Assembly: GCA_963695555.1 (NCBI GenBank)
Contig: CAVOGR010000007.1
Span: 608,001-672,000 of the forward strand
Direction: 5' to 3'
Origin: an uncultured Gemmatimonadales bacterium
Lineage (GTDB): Bacteria; Gemmatimonadota; Gemmatimonadetes; Gemmatimonadales; GWC2-71-9
Length of the DNA stretch: 64,000 nucleotides
Position numbers and translations under genes: made by a program. The notes below the pieces were generated by a model. That model was not told where the DNA came from. It was given only the letters and a program-made list of their open reading frames with translations, and did no database searches. Positions 28,901-38,228 of the stretch are shown here, piece by piece (position 1 is the first letter of the stretch; every line of letters begins with the position of its first letter).

Positions 28901-31900
28901 CCCCGTCGCGCACGAAATATTGACTCAGGTCGGTGGGCTCGATCACCCAGCGAAAGACGTTTTCGACGACAGTGGGCGAGTTGAAGTTGAGGAGGTCGTC
29001 GCTGTTCAGGTCTTCGGTGTCGAGCAGGCCGTTCCCGTTGGTGCAGCGACTGCCCAAGTCGCCCCAGGGGAATACCTCGACCGACGTGGTCAACTGGCGC
29101 CGGCAGAGCGCCAGTTCGCCAATGGGGCCCGCCGGCGTCTCGAGGCTGGGCGGCCGGTCACCGAGAATGCCGATGTCGTCGATATCGGCATTGAAGATGC
29201 CGATGGACGAGCGCTCGGTGTCCAACGTCCCCACCCCGACGAATTGGCGGCCGGTATAGGTCGAGTCCGCTCCGTTCACCAGCAGGCTGTCCGGGGCGAC
29301 GGCCAGGGCGTCTTCATCCACATTGCCCAGATCGACCACCAACTGCACGCCGGCGTTCTCGAGCGACTGCCCGCCTTCCCGGAACACCCAGACCTCCAAG
29401 AATTCCGACGTGGAGAGGTCGATGCCCGACGGGCTGAGCGCGGTCGACATGGATCGCCACCGGGGCCGGTTGGGCCGGGCCGGCAAGGTCCAGCGCGAGC
29501 TATTGTCACGCTCGACGACCCCGCCGGCCGTGTCGGCGTGGAACGTCAGGTACATCACCGTCTCCTGCCGCTCGCCGCGCCCGATGATGACGATGTTGGT
29601 GTCAATGTCCTGCGGGCGTATTTCCACCACCTGGCCGTTTTGCAGCACCAGGTTCTGCCAGGTAAGCTGCACGGCGTCGGTGGAATCGAACCCGGCCTGG
29701 AACCCCGGCAGCGTAATGCCGTCGGCGCGCTGGGGGACACTGCCGAATTCCCACGCCGCCTCGCTCAGCGGAATGAGCCGACTCGCGTCCGCCTCGAATT
29801 CCTCGAGGAAGGCCTCGCCAATGCGATTGGCCACGGGCCGCGAGAAGGCGTACTCCGCGTTCAGGTCGAGTCTCGACGGCGCCGTCGTCTCCTGGCTGGT
29901 CAAACTATTGAGGAAACGGGTGATGCCCCGCGGCTCGAAGTGCAGGTCCGCCGTGACGCCGCCGATCAGATTGGCGGTCGGCTCGAATCCCAGGGGCGGA
30001 CGGGTAAAGGCCGTATTCTCTTGCTGATACAGGCCCATGAGATTGATCGAGCCGCGCTGGCCCAGCGAGTAGCGGGTCGTGAGCCCCAGAATGGTGGTGG
30101 GCGCAATGGCGAAGATGCCCCGCTCCTCGAACCGGGCCACGAGCTGCGCTGTGCCCGAGCCGAACAGCACGTCGGGGTTGAGGAAGGTGACCTGCCCCAG
30201 GTCGTAGGAGATCGAATAGTCGACGTCCCGCTCGAGTCGGCGCCCGTTATAGATCAGCGACTCGCTGCCCTCGCGAATCTGGAGCGCATTGAGGTTGAGC
30301 GTGGAGCGGTCCGCGCCGCCCGCCGCCTCATACTGGAGCCGGAACTGGAACTTGGAGGGCGGGCCCTGCGTGCCGAGCACCAGGTACCCGGGCGTCCGGT
30401 AAAGCGAATCGGTCCGCTCCGCGGCGTTGAGCCTGGTCGAGTCCGCGAACGGGGCGAGGTGCGGGAAGATGATGTAGGACTCGCGGATCACCAGATCCGC
30501 GTTGGGGTCGCGAGTCCGGGGGAAGAGCCGATTGTCGATGTCGAACACGTCGGGGTCGGTCGGGATGGCGAGGCCCAACAGCGCCAGGTAGGTGTCCGGC
30601 GGGGCATTTTGCGGTCGTTCCGACCGATTGAGCGACAGATCGACCGTCAGGCTCGAGCGATCGAGGTCGGTCCCGGCAATGCGATAGACCTGCCGCATTT
30701 CGTGCCGGAAGATCTGTTCCTGCGGGCCGGTCTGCGGCCGGACGATCACCACCAGCGTGTCGAGGAACTCGCCGCCGGGACCGAGCCCGCGATCCCGCCG
30801 TGGCTGCGTGCCGAAGCGGATGCCCGAGCGGGTCACATAACTGATGGCGAGGTAGTCGTTATCGGTGCTCAGCTTGGTACCGAGCGCGAACCAGAGGCCG
30901 CTCGGGTCCAGGTAGTAATCGGTGCCCTGGAGCAAAAGCTCCCAGCGCGCGCCGACACCCTCCGAGGTTCCCGGCACGGTCGCGAAGGCGTTGATGCCGG
31001 CCAAGTTCTCGTCGATCCCGATCTTGCCCGCACGCGGCCGATAGCGGTACACCAGCACGTCCTCGGGAGCCACGTCATCAGACACGGGGACTTGGGCCAG
31101 GTTCAGGATATCGACGGCCGGATAGCCCGGCAACGCAACCGGATCGACCACCCAGAAGAACCGGCCGGCCTCGAAGTCCTTATCCCGCTGCTGCCGGTCC
31201 TGCGGCTGGCTGGTGGTGGCCCCGATGGTATAGACCCGCTCGCCCACCACACTGCCCTTCTGGGTTGCGGCAAGAGTCTGGACCTGTACCGGCCCCACCT
31301 CGAACAACGCGTTGACGCCGAAATTGTTGGACGGAATGGCCGCCGTGATGAACCGCGAGGGCGGGGGCCGGAACGTTACCGTGCCGACATCCACCCGCTG
31401 GACGATCTCGTCCTGCAGGCCCTGGTAGTACACCTGGATGTTGTTGTTGGCGTTGAACTCGCGCTGGGAATCGTAGTCGACGTCGACGTGGATGCGCCGA
31501 CCGATCAGCCCACCCGCGAGAATCGAGAATTCGTTGTCGATGCGCGGGGCCTTGAAGCCGCCACGGCAGCCCGAATTCGGGTCGAGCAAGGCGGCGCTGG
31601 TGCACCGTTCGTTGCGGAGCCGGTCGGTCCGGATCTCGAGCCGGGCCTGGCCTTCGAGGTCGAGGTCGGCATACTTCTGGGAGAGTCCGAGGATTCCACG
31701 TTGCTCGGTGGGTTCTAGACCCCGTTCCTTCGCGGGTATCGCAGTCCGGCGGCGGTAGATCGCCAGTAAACGAAGCTGGGTCCGCCGCGCCCGGCGCGCC
31801 TGCTCGAACCGATCGGCCAGGGCACTGTCCCACGCTGCGACGGCACTGCCTGGGGGCGCCCCGAGCCACCGGGCCCGGAAGGCCGGCGGCTCGACCAACC

Positions 31901-32015
31901 GGAGCGACGACGTGTCGAATCGAAGCCGGAGCCGGACGTACGTCGAATCGGCCTGCCCAAAGACAGCGCCCGGTGCGAGCACCAGACCGAGCAGGAGGAG
32001 AACACGGCGCACCAC
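25944..32015 (-). CDS. sprA: SprA-like very large outer-membrane beta-barrel (T9SS translocon family)
   Basis: About 2020 aa; signal peptide then Q; VDYDSQREF, YYQGLQDEIVQRVDVG, SEFLEVW, NGLLDTEDLN, LWVDDIRL; amphipathic beta-strand C-terminus. Start GTG 32015/32012 or TTG 32063. Confidence 0.8.
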   Translation of the reverse strand: MVRRVLLLLGLVLAPGAVFGQADSTYVRLRLRFDTSSLRLVEPPAFRARWLGAPPGSAVAAWDSALADRFEQARRARRTQLRLLAIYRRRTAIPAKERGLEPTEQRGILGLSQKYADLDLEGQARLEIRTDRLRNERCTSAALLDPNSGCRGGFKAPRIDNEFSILAGGLIGRRIHVDVDYDSQREFNANNNIQVYYQGLQDEIVQRVDVGTVTFRPPPSRFITAAIPSNNFGVNALFEVGPVQVQTLAATQKGSVVGERVYTIGATTSQPQDRQQRDKDFEAGRFFWVVDPVALPGYPAVDILNLAQVPVSDDVAPEDVLVYRYRPRAGKIGIDENLAGINAFATVPGTSEGVGARWELLLQGTDYYLDPSGLWFALGTKLSTDNDYLAISYVTRSGIRFGTQPRRDRGLGPGGEFLDTLVVIVRPQTGPQEQIFRHEMRQVYRIAGTDLDRSSLTVDLSLNRSERPQNAPPDTYLALLGLAIPTDPDVFDIDNRLFPRTRDPNADLVIRESYIIFPHLAPFADSTRLNAAERTDSLYRTPGYLVLGTQGPPSKFQFRLQYEAAGGADRSTLNLNALQIREGSESLIYNGRRLERDVDYSISYDLGQVTFLNPDVLFGSGTAQLVARFEERGIFAIAPTTILGLTTRYSLGQRGSINLMGLYQQENTAFTRPPLGFEPTANLIGGVTADLHFEPRGITRFLNSLTSQETTAPSRLDLNAEYAFSRPVANRIGEAFLEEFEADASRLIPLSEAAWEFGSVPQRADGITLPGFQAGFDSTDAVQLTWQNLVLQNGQVVEIRPQDIDTNIVIIGRGERQETVMYLTFHADTAGGVVERDNSSRWTLPARPNRPRWRSMSTALSPSGIDLSTSEFLEVWVFREGGQSLENAGVQLVVDLGNVDEDALAVAPDSLLVNGADSTYTGRQFVGVGTLDTERSSIGIFNADIDDIGILGDRPPSLETPAGPIGELALCRRQLTTSVEVFPWGDLGSRCTNGNGLLDTEDLNSDDLLNFNSPTVVENVFRWVIEPTDLSQYFVRDGVSSSDSQGRVSKWSLFRIPLRTPEATIGTPNIRLIPHLRITAIAPPDNGVDPDVVARFALARARFTGASWIRRSEAPVPGIAGNVGLPDGEVVATTVTTEDVDLGYEPPPGVIQGANRKDAGQEAQGTQANEKSLRILADVVDVGERAEAYLRFPSGAQSMLKYRQLRVWMRGRGDGWDTGDLKAFIKLGSDENNFYYYQTDARTTTWEPEVAVDFEVWRRLRSEIEVRWLQGEAPSGAGTCGLGDSTAYVACDGPYLVHVLDPGTNPPNLAAVQEVSAGALRVAQSGATSSVELWVDDIRLTEPESQVGTALALEARLSAADVADLSVGFIRQDGQFRQIGQEPTFRTTNRLQIGSRVQLDRFLPASLGLAVPATVTYIRNTVGLELLSGSDLRGADLPGLRTPESWTATYTMSLARRERGTGWVTRGFVDPVSVAASFTNGRSRTELSETTAKSSSVTLAYNLSMQRRGSRLPLGGLVASLPDWFRNSELGKGLRTATFALAPVNVRFRSQLTRNEANSTSYLVSVTRPDDGLIPTVQSLTHLWRNSAGLTWQPFGMLVLGADLVSTRDLREYSDSTSLGRLAGESRRQFLGLDVGVERDRALTTTLGLNPKVSSWLRPRFSTSSSFILSRSLTSRLPVQVEGDTAGAFVLPQTLNNSRQREIGVAIEPNQLVRLIAGDSSGLTTTTARLRPIDVSFRRIRNSTFDLAAFDPRLSYQLGLGGLGDFLFQEQTPALGASEILITTVSSGWNFPFGVTASLSYSLSRTSRFARVSGDFLESNSRQRDWPNGDIRWTQSLGSGPVTLIGIGTSYRRREGATVQPSTVAGNASINLNNSSSLSPDLQLVFRNGLSMNVAYGKTDGTSRSGGNTTEADDRNITATLSYSFRLPQNISRRRKLVRASLFALDFSRTQCLLLRGGSECTTVSDVRRQEVRGDVNTDISQLLTAGFQFSYTINDVKHLNRRTSQIQFTLSFQLSLFSRDLR

Positions 32016-32106
32016 GCGATTCGGTTTCAGTAGATTAGATTGGTTGGAAGCGGCATTGGACAATATAACCGTCGATCCAAATCGTTACAACTCAGTGAGT
32101 TAGCGC

Positions 32107-33681
32107 TTGCGACTCCTGCATCGCTACATCCTGGCGCAGCTGATGGCCCCGTTCATCTTCGCCCTCGGCGCGCTGACCAGCATCATGCTGCTCAACCAGG
32201 TTGCCCGCCGCTTCGGCCGGCTGGTCGGCAAGGGACTGCCCTGGTCCGTCATCATCGAGGTGTTCGCGCTCAGCATTCCGTTCATCATCGCGATGACCTT
32301 GCCGATGGCGATCCTGCTCGCCGTGCTCTACACCTTTACCCACCTCGCGGCCGATAACGAGATCACCGCCATGCGGGCCAGCGGCGTCAGCGTGGGGCAA
32401 CTCCTCCGGCCCGTGGTGTTGACCGGGGTTCTGCTTGCAGCCGGCAACTTCGTGCTGGTCGATCAATACCTCCCGAGGACCAATGCGAAGCTCCGGAGCC
32501 TGCTCATCGACATCAGCCGGAAGAAGCCCACGCTCGACCTGCGCGAGCAGGCCATCAACGAGATTCCACCCTCCCGGCTCTTCCTCAGGGCGAGCCGGAT
32601 CGACGCGACCAGCGGCCGGCTTCGCGACGTCACCATCTTCGACATGAGTGCCCAGGACGGTCGGCGGGTGATCTATGCCGACAGCGGTCACATGGCCTTC
32701 GCCCAGAACCAGACCGACCTCCTGCTCCGGCTCCACAGCGGAGAAATCCACGAGTTCAAAAATGCCGACCCGCACGACTTCCAGCTCACGGCCTTCCTGA
32801 CAAATAACATCCTGGTCCGCAATGTGGCCAACGAGCTCGAGCGCGGCACCGTGGAGGCAGTCCGGGGCGACCGGGAAATGTCCACCTGCGAAATGCGCTC
32901 GGTGGTGGCCGAGTCGGAGCGTGAGCGAGACGTGGCCGAGGGCGAGCGACGACGGGTGCTGCGCCAGGACCTCCGCAGCCTGCTCGCGCTGCCCGCGGCC
33001 GGGCCCGCCGCCGAGGTTCCCCTTGAGGAGGTCCGATGTGGAAGGTGGCCCTCGCTTCTCCGGTGGCTAGTCCCAGAGACGGCCCAGGCCCAGGACACCA
33101 CACACGCCCGCCGCCTGCTCCAGCAGCTCCGCGAGAAGCAGGGGAGGGCCGCCCCGGGGCCGGAAGTGGACCGGCTCGAGCTTGCCCCGCCGTCGGAGCT
33201 CCCCGACGGCCGCATTCCCGAGGGCGGGGTGACGCAATTCCGCCCCCGCCGGCTCCCGATCGCGTCCTGGAGCGAGATCTCGATGTCCCGCGACCTGGTC
33301 CAGGTGGCGGCGCGCAAGGCCAATCGCTATCGGATCGAGATCCATAAGAAGTGGGCCATCAGCGTGGCCTGCCTCGTGTTCGTATTGGTGGGGGTCCCGA
33401 TGGCGCTCCGGTTCCCTCGAGGAGGAATGGGCCTGGTGATCGGCGGGGGCCTGTTCGTCTTCGGCGTCTACTACATCGGCCTGACCGCGGGTGAGAGCCT
33501 GGGCGACATTGGCCGCGTGTCGCCGGTCTTTGCTATGTGGGCCCCGAATCTGGTGTTGCTGGTCGGGGGGGTCCTGGGCCTCCTCTGGGCCCGTCGGGCC
33601 TCGGGCTCCACCCGCGGCGGCGACCTCGGGGACCTCTGGGAGACCGTGCGGGGCGTCTGGCGCCGGCGGGCCGCACGATGA
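32107..33681 (+). CDS. lptF: LPS export ABC permease LptF (with insertion)
   Basis: LPMAILLAVLY, DNEITAMRASG, IEIHKKWAIS, AMWAPN. Confidence 0.85.
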   Translation: MRLLHRYILAQLMAPFIFALGALTSIMLLNQVARRFGRLVGKGLPWSVIIEVFALSIPFIIAMTLPMAILLAVLYTFTHLAADNEITAMRASGVSVGQLLRPVVLTGVLLAAGNFVLVDQYLPRTNAKLRSLLIDISRKKPTLDLREQAINEIPPSRLFLRASRIDATSGRLRDVTIFDMSAQDGRRVIYADSGHMAFAQNQTDLLLRLHSGEIHEFKNADPHDFQLTAFLTNNILVRNVANELERGTVEAVRGDREMSTCEMRSVVAESERERDVAEGERRRVLRQDLRSLLALPAAGPAAEVPLEEVRCGRWPSLLRWLVPETAQAQDTTHARRLLQQLREKQGRAAPGPEVDRLELAPPSELPDGRIPEGGVTQFRPRRLPIASWSEISMSRDLVQVAARKANRYRIEIHKKWAISVACLVFVLVGVPMALRFPRGGMGLVIGGGLFVFGVYYIGLTAGESLGDIGRVSPVFAMWAPNLVLLVGGVLGLLWARRASGSTRGGDLGDLWETVRGVWRRRAAR

Positions 33682-34766
33682 TGCGGCCGCTCAGAACCCT
33701 CGATGGGTACGTGGTGCGCACGTGGCTCCGCATCTTCGCCCTCACGGCCATTGGCTTGCCGCTCGTGTCCATTCTCATCAGCCTGACCGACGACCTGCGA
33801 AAGCTGCTCGACCGCGGGCTCACGTGGGGCGAGATCCTGATCAGTTACGTCTACTCACTTCCGGAGAACATCTTCCTGGTCATGCCGGCCGCGGTGCTCT
33901 TCGCGTCCGTGTTCACCGTGGGTGCCATGGGCCGCCATTCGGAGATCACGGCCGCCAAGGCGAGCGGTGTCAGCTTCCATCGCCTCGCGTTCCCCATCTT
34001 TGTGTGCGGCGCCCTGGCGACCTTCCTCGCCATCTTCATCGGCGAAGTGTCGCCGGGGGCCACGGCAAAGCAGCTCGAAATCCAGAAGAAGGACGAAGTG
34101 CGCCCCACCACGGTGCGATACGACTTCGTGTACCGCGCCGACCAGGGCTGGGTCTATACCGTGCGCGCCCTCGATACCAGGAACCGCCGGCTGCTCGACG
34201 TGGTGTTCGAGCGTCAGGGGTCGGGAGCCGATTATCCCGCCCTCGTGATCGCCGCCGACAGCGCCTCCTATGTTGATTCGCTGGTGAGTTGGCGGCTGTG
34301 GAACGGAACCAGCCGGATGGTGGTAGACGGGGCGCGAAACGCGGCCTTCTCGTATGCCAGCATGCGGCTTCGGGCCCTGACCCAGACCCCGACCGACCTG
34401 ATGGCCGAGCCCAAGGATCCCGAGGAGATGCGCTACGCCGAGTTGGGGCGCTATATCGACGCCCTCAGGCGCTCGGGCAATGACGTCAACAAGCTCATGG
34501 GCGAGCAGGCGCTCAAGCTCGCCCTGCCGGCCACGTGCCTGGTGATCGCGCTGTTCGGGGCACCCCTGGCCATCACGTCGGCCCGCTCGGGCATGGCGTT
34601 CGGCTTTGCGGTGAGCCTGGCCACCACGATCGTGTACCTCTTGATGATCCAGATCTCGCAGGCGGTGGGGGCCAGCGGCCTGATGCACCCCGTGGCGGCC
34701 GCCTGGCTCCCCAACGGGGTCTTCTTCCTGGCCGGGATCGTTCTGCTCTGGCGGGCCCGGACCTAA
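33678..34766 (+). CDS. lptG: LPS export ABC permease LptG
   Basis: LDGYV, HSEITAAKASGVS, AAWLPN; overlaps lptF stop. Confidence 0.85.
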   Translation: MMRPLRTLDGYVVRTWLRIFALTAIGLPLVSILISLTDDLRKLLDRGLTWGEILISYVYSLPENIFLVMPAAVLFASVFTVGAMGRHSEITAAKASGVSFHRLAFPIFVCGALATFLAIFIGEVSPGATAKQLEIQKKDEVRPTTVRYDFVYRADQGWVYTVRALDTRNRRLLDVVFERQGSGADYPALVIAADSASYVDSLVSWRLWNGTSRMVVDGARNAAFSYASMRLRALTQTPTDLMAEPKDPEEMRYAELGRYIDALRRSGNDVNKLMGEQALKLALPATCLVIALFGAPLAITSARSGMAFGFAVSLATTIVYLLMIQISQAVGASGLMHPVAAAWLPNGVFFLAGIVLLWRART

Positions 34767-34790
34767 CGTCCAGCTGGTTGGACCCGGACG

Positions 34791-34826
34791 CACGACGGCC
34801 CCGGGACGAATCCCGGGGCCGTCGTG
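34791..34826. terminator. Hairpin between convergent lptG and TonB-dependent receptor genes
   Basis: 16-bp perfect stem CACGACGGCCCCGGGA-CGAA-TCCCGGGGCCGTCGTG. Confidence 0.7.
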
Positions 34827-34847
34827 TCACTACTGGAGCGGAAAGGG

Positions 34848-37800
34848 CTAGTAGGTCAACTTGGCCCCGAACTGCATCCGCCACCGTGAAGCGTTGTCCT
34901 GCACCCGCTCGAAGTTGGGCAGGGAGAGGCTGTAGATACCACGGTTGTTCACCGCGTCATAGCCCTCGAGCTCCACGATTTCCTCGCCGGAGAAGGCGCC
35001 GGTCTGCTTGATCAGGCCCCAGTCCCCGTCGATGAAGTTCAAGATGTTGAAGATGTCCCACGCCAGCTCGAGCCGCGCCCCCCGATACGTCGGAAGGCGG
35101 ATCGCGAGCCGGGTGTTGAGGAAGTTGGCCCACGGGTTCCGGCAGCTGTTCCGCTTGTTGAGCTGGCCGCGCTGCTCGCGCAGGCAGGGCTCCATCAGGA
35201 TCAGGTCTTCCAGGTCCTGATAGTTCTCGCCCGCGGCGAGCGTGATGTCGCTGGCATCCATCGGCACGTAGAACTCGTCGTTCAGCTGCCGGCCGTCGCC
35301 GATGCCGTCGGCATTGATATCGCCGTCGACGATGTAGCTGTACGGCGAGCCCGACACCCCCACATAGATCAGCGAGAAGTCGGCCGTTACGGGCCAGGAC
35401 TCAGGCAAAGGAAGATCCGCCGAGCCGCTGAGCGTCAGCTTGTGGCGGCGCTCGAACACCGACGTGGTGCGGTTCCGCTTGTCGAGCGTCCCGTCCAGCA
35501 CGTTGAACCCGTACTGTGAACTCGCCGTGCTCGAGGTCAGGTCGAACAGGTTTTCGGCATCGCTATAGGTGTAGCCGGCATTGAACGCGAGGCCGTTGGC
35601 AAAGTTCTTCTGCAGCTGAGCGGTGATCTGGTACGACCGATCCTCGCTCATGTCGGTGTTCAAGGCACCCGGGTTCTGACCGAACAGCACGTTGCTGGCC
35701 ACGGTGGCGTCCTTCAGGGCTTCAGCGCCGAAGCCACCGGTGACATCGCCGTACAACACCCGGCCAGCCTCGCCGGAAAGGGTACCCTGCGGACCCACCA
35801 GGTTCTCATCAGTGTAGTACAGCGTGTTCCGAGCCATGGTATAGAGCAGGTCCAGTGTCCCGACCATGCCCCAGGGCAGCTGCTGGTCCAATCCGAGGGA
35901 CAGCTTCCAGTTCTGCTGGAACTTGAAGTTGGGATCGAAGGCGTTGACCTGCGGAATCCCCGCGGAGACGCCACCGCCACCGGGGCAGACGTCCAGCACC
36001 GTGGTGGGATCGTCGTTGTAGGCCGCGGTCAGCGCCGGATCAGGGCCGAAGCAGTCGAGGTTGGCCTGCTCGACGCCGCTGTTGCTGAACGCATTGCTGA
36101 GCCACACGTAGGCCGGACGGCCCGCGAACAAGCCGGCGCCGCCGCGGACGACGGTGGTATTGTCGCCCTTGACGTCGAAGTTGAAGCCGACCCGTGGAGA
36201 CCAGAGGATGTTGCCGCTCGGGAAGTCGGCGGTATTGACCCCGATCGCGCTGGCCGCCAAGGCCGGGTTGGCATTGGGATCGTCCGGGAAAATCGGCACG
36301 TCCATCCGGATGCCACCGGTGAGGGTGAGGTTTGGAGTCACCGCCCACCGATCTTGGGCATACAGGCCCAACTGGATGACCTTCCAGCTCGCCTCCGGCC
36401 CATTCGGAACCAGCGCGATGGCGCGGTCGTACTTGGACGGGATGCCGGCCTCGAAGTCGTCGATCGAGTCGAACTCCCATTGCCCGAGTGACTGCGGGAA
36501 GAACACGTTCCGGAACTTGATGTGCTCGTTGTGGGTTCCGACGGTAATCCGGTGACCCTGACCGACGTCGAACGTGAAGTTGTCGGTCAGCTCCCACACA
36601 TCTTGATCCAGCGCGTTGTCATGGCTGAACCGCTCGGCCCCCGTCACCAACACGGCGGTGCCGGATTCGACCCGAACCGTCGGGAAGGTGGTAAAGGGTT
36701 CGCGGACGTCGCGGAGCCGCTGATACCCGACAATGAGCTCGTTCGAGAATCGGTCATTGATGACCGAATTCAAGTTGGCCCGGACGGAGTGGTTGTTGAA
36801 CTTCTGATTATAACTATGACCCGACAGGCCGTAGTCGCCGTTGGTGCTGCGAAGGATGGTACCCTCCCCGGCAGTCACGTAATTGTAGGTCAGTGCAAGT
36901 CGGCTGTTGTTGGCGACCTGCCAGTCGACCTTACCCAGGAACAGGTCGTTGGGTTGGTTGGAGACGTAGGGCCCCGCCGTGCCGGCATCGAGCCCCTGTG
37001 ACGCAAGCTTGGCCTCCATCCGGGTGACGTCGCTGGCCAGCCCGCCGGCCTCGGCCAGGGTCACGCCGTCGAACGGCGACGAGCGGTCCTGAATGTCGGC
37101 CGAGATGAAGAAGTGGGCCTTGTCGGGAACGATCGGGCCGCTAAAGGTGCCGCCGAATTGTGTGACCGAGAAGTCGGAGACCGTGTCTCCCACCTGGGTG
37201 TCGCCAACCAGGCGAATGCCGAGGTCTCGGCTCGACTGACGATAGCCGAACATCGAGAAGTGATAGTCGTTGTCACCGGACTTGGTGATGGCATTGATCA
37301 GACCGCCGGTGAAGTTGCCCTGCCGCAGGTCGAACGGCGCGATCAAGACCTGGAACTCCTTGACCGCCTCAACCGATACCGCTCGGCTTTGCACCTGGCC
37401 GCCGGGCGCGCCGGTCGAGCCCAGACCGAACAGGTCGTTGTTGACCCCGCCGTCGACCTGGAGTTCGTTCAACCGGTTGTTCTGCCCGCCGACCGACGTG
37501 CCCACGACTTGCGGCGCCGTCTGAATCAGGGAGGTGAAGTCCCGGCCCAGGAGTGGAAGTCGAGCGATCGCCGTGTCGGAGATCGTGGTCGCTGGACCGG
37601 TCCGGGCACTGTTGATGAGCGGATTCACCGCGGCCGAGACCGCCAGTTCTTCCAGCTCGACCGGAGAGGTCGAGAGTTCGAAGTTGGCCTCGTAACGCTG
37701 GCCCAGGTTCAGCATGATCCCGGTCTTGCGGGACGGCTGGAACCCGATGCCGCGCGCTTCGATGGTGAAGGGACCGCCGGTCGCCACGTTCTCGAGGAAG

Positions 37801-38018
37801 TAGCGCCCGCTGCTCCGGGTCACTGCTTGCCAGCGCCCGCCGGTGGACGTGTTGAGTACGGTGACGATCGCGCCCTCGACGGGTGCTCCACCCGTCTGCG
37901 TGATCGTCCCCACGATGGCGGCGCTGGTGACACCCTGCGCATTGAGCGAGCCCGCAAACAGCGCGACCGCGCCCAGACTCAGGAGTGCCAGCCTGACCTT
38001 ACGAATCCAAGAACTCAT
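34848..38018 (-). CDS. TonB-dependent receptor, Oar-like, with carboxypeptidase-regulatory-like N-domain
   Basis: Signal LNA|Q; LPLLGRDF, VKEFQV, GGLINAITKSG, YAQDRW, WSPRVGFNFD; terminal aromatic residue. Confidence 0.88.
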   Translation of the reverse strand: MSSWIRKVRLALLSLGAVALFAGSLNAQGVTSAAIVGTITQTGGAPVEGAIVTVLNTSTGGRWQAVTRSSGRYFLENVATGGPFTIEARGIGFQPSRKTGIMLNLGQRYEANFELSTSPVELEELAVSAAVNPLINSARTGPATTISDTAIARLPLLGRDFTSLIQTAPQVVGTSVGGQNNRLNELQVDGGVNNDLFGLGSTGAPGGQVQSRAVSVEAVKEFQVLIAPFDLRQGNFTGGLINAITKSGDNDYHFSMFGYRQSSRDLGIRLVGDTQVGDTVSDFSVTQFGGTFSGPIVPDKAHFFISADIQDRSSPFDGVTLAEAGGLASDVTRMEAKLASQGLDAGTAGPYVSNQPNDLFLGKVDWQVANNSRLALTYNYVTAGEGTILRSTNGDYGLSGHSYNQKFNNHSVRANLNSVINDRFSNELIVGYQRLRDVREPFTTFPTVRVESGTAVLVTGAERFSHDNALDQDVWELTDNFTFDVGQGHRITVGTHNEHIKFRNVFFPQSLGQWEFDSIDDFEAGIPSKYDRAIALVPNGPEASWKVIQLGLYAQDRWAVTPNLTLTGGIRMDVPIFPDDPNANPALAASAIGVNTADFPSGNILWSPRVGFNFDVKGDNTTVVRGGAGLFAGRPAYVWLSNAFSNSGVEQANLDCFGPDPALTAAYNDDPTTVLDVCPGGGGVSAGIPQVNAFDPNFKFQQNWKLSLGLDQQLPWGMVGTLDLLYTMARNTLYYTDENLVGPQGTLSGEAGRVLYGDVTGGFGAEALKDATVASNVLFGQNPGALNTDMSEDRSYQITAQLQKNFANGLAFNAGYTYSDAENLFDLTSSTASSQYGFNVLDGTLDKRNRTTSVFERRHKLTLSGSADLPLPESWPVTADFSLIYVGVSGSPYSYIVDGDINADGIGDGRQLNDEFYVPMDASDITLAAGENYQDLEDLILMEPCLREQRGQLNKRNSCRNPWANFLNTRLAIRLPTYRGARLELAWDIFNILNFIDGDWGLIKQTGAFSGEEIVELEGYDAVNNRGIYSLSLPNFERVQDNASRWRMQFGAKLTY

Positions 38019-38228
38019 GTGCACACCCTTGGTTGGAGGTTGGTTGATAAGAAAGAAGCCCGGTCGGACGAAATGCGACATTCGACTGTTGACATGAGCC
38101 GCGCCGCCGAAGGTCTTCTAACTTATTGTAATACAACAGTTTACAGAAGGGCCGCAGACGGATAGACCCCAGACCCCTGAGGCCCTGGTTCGGGGGTGCG
38201 GCCCATCCCCACGAGTCCATATCGCACT

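Noticed and set aside
28044..31718. 1224-aa plus-strand ORF (also 46315..49713, 15737..17614, 43487..45151, 22650..24032)
   Set aside because: Antisense shadows of well-supported genes, expected from high-GC codon bias; no recognisable motifs.
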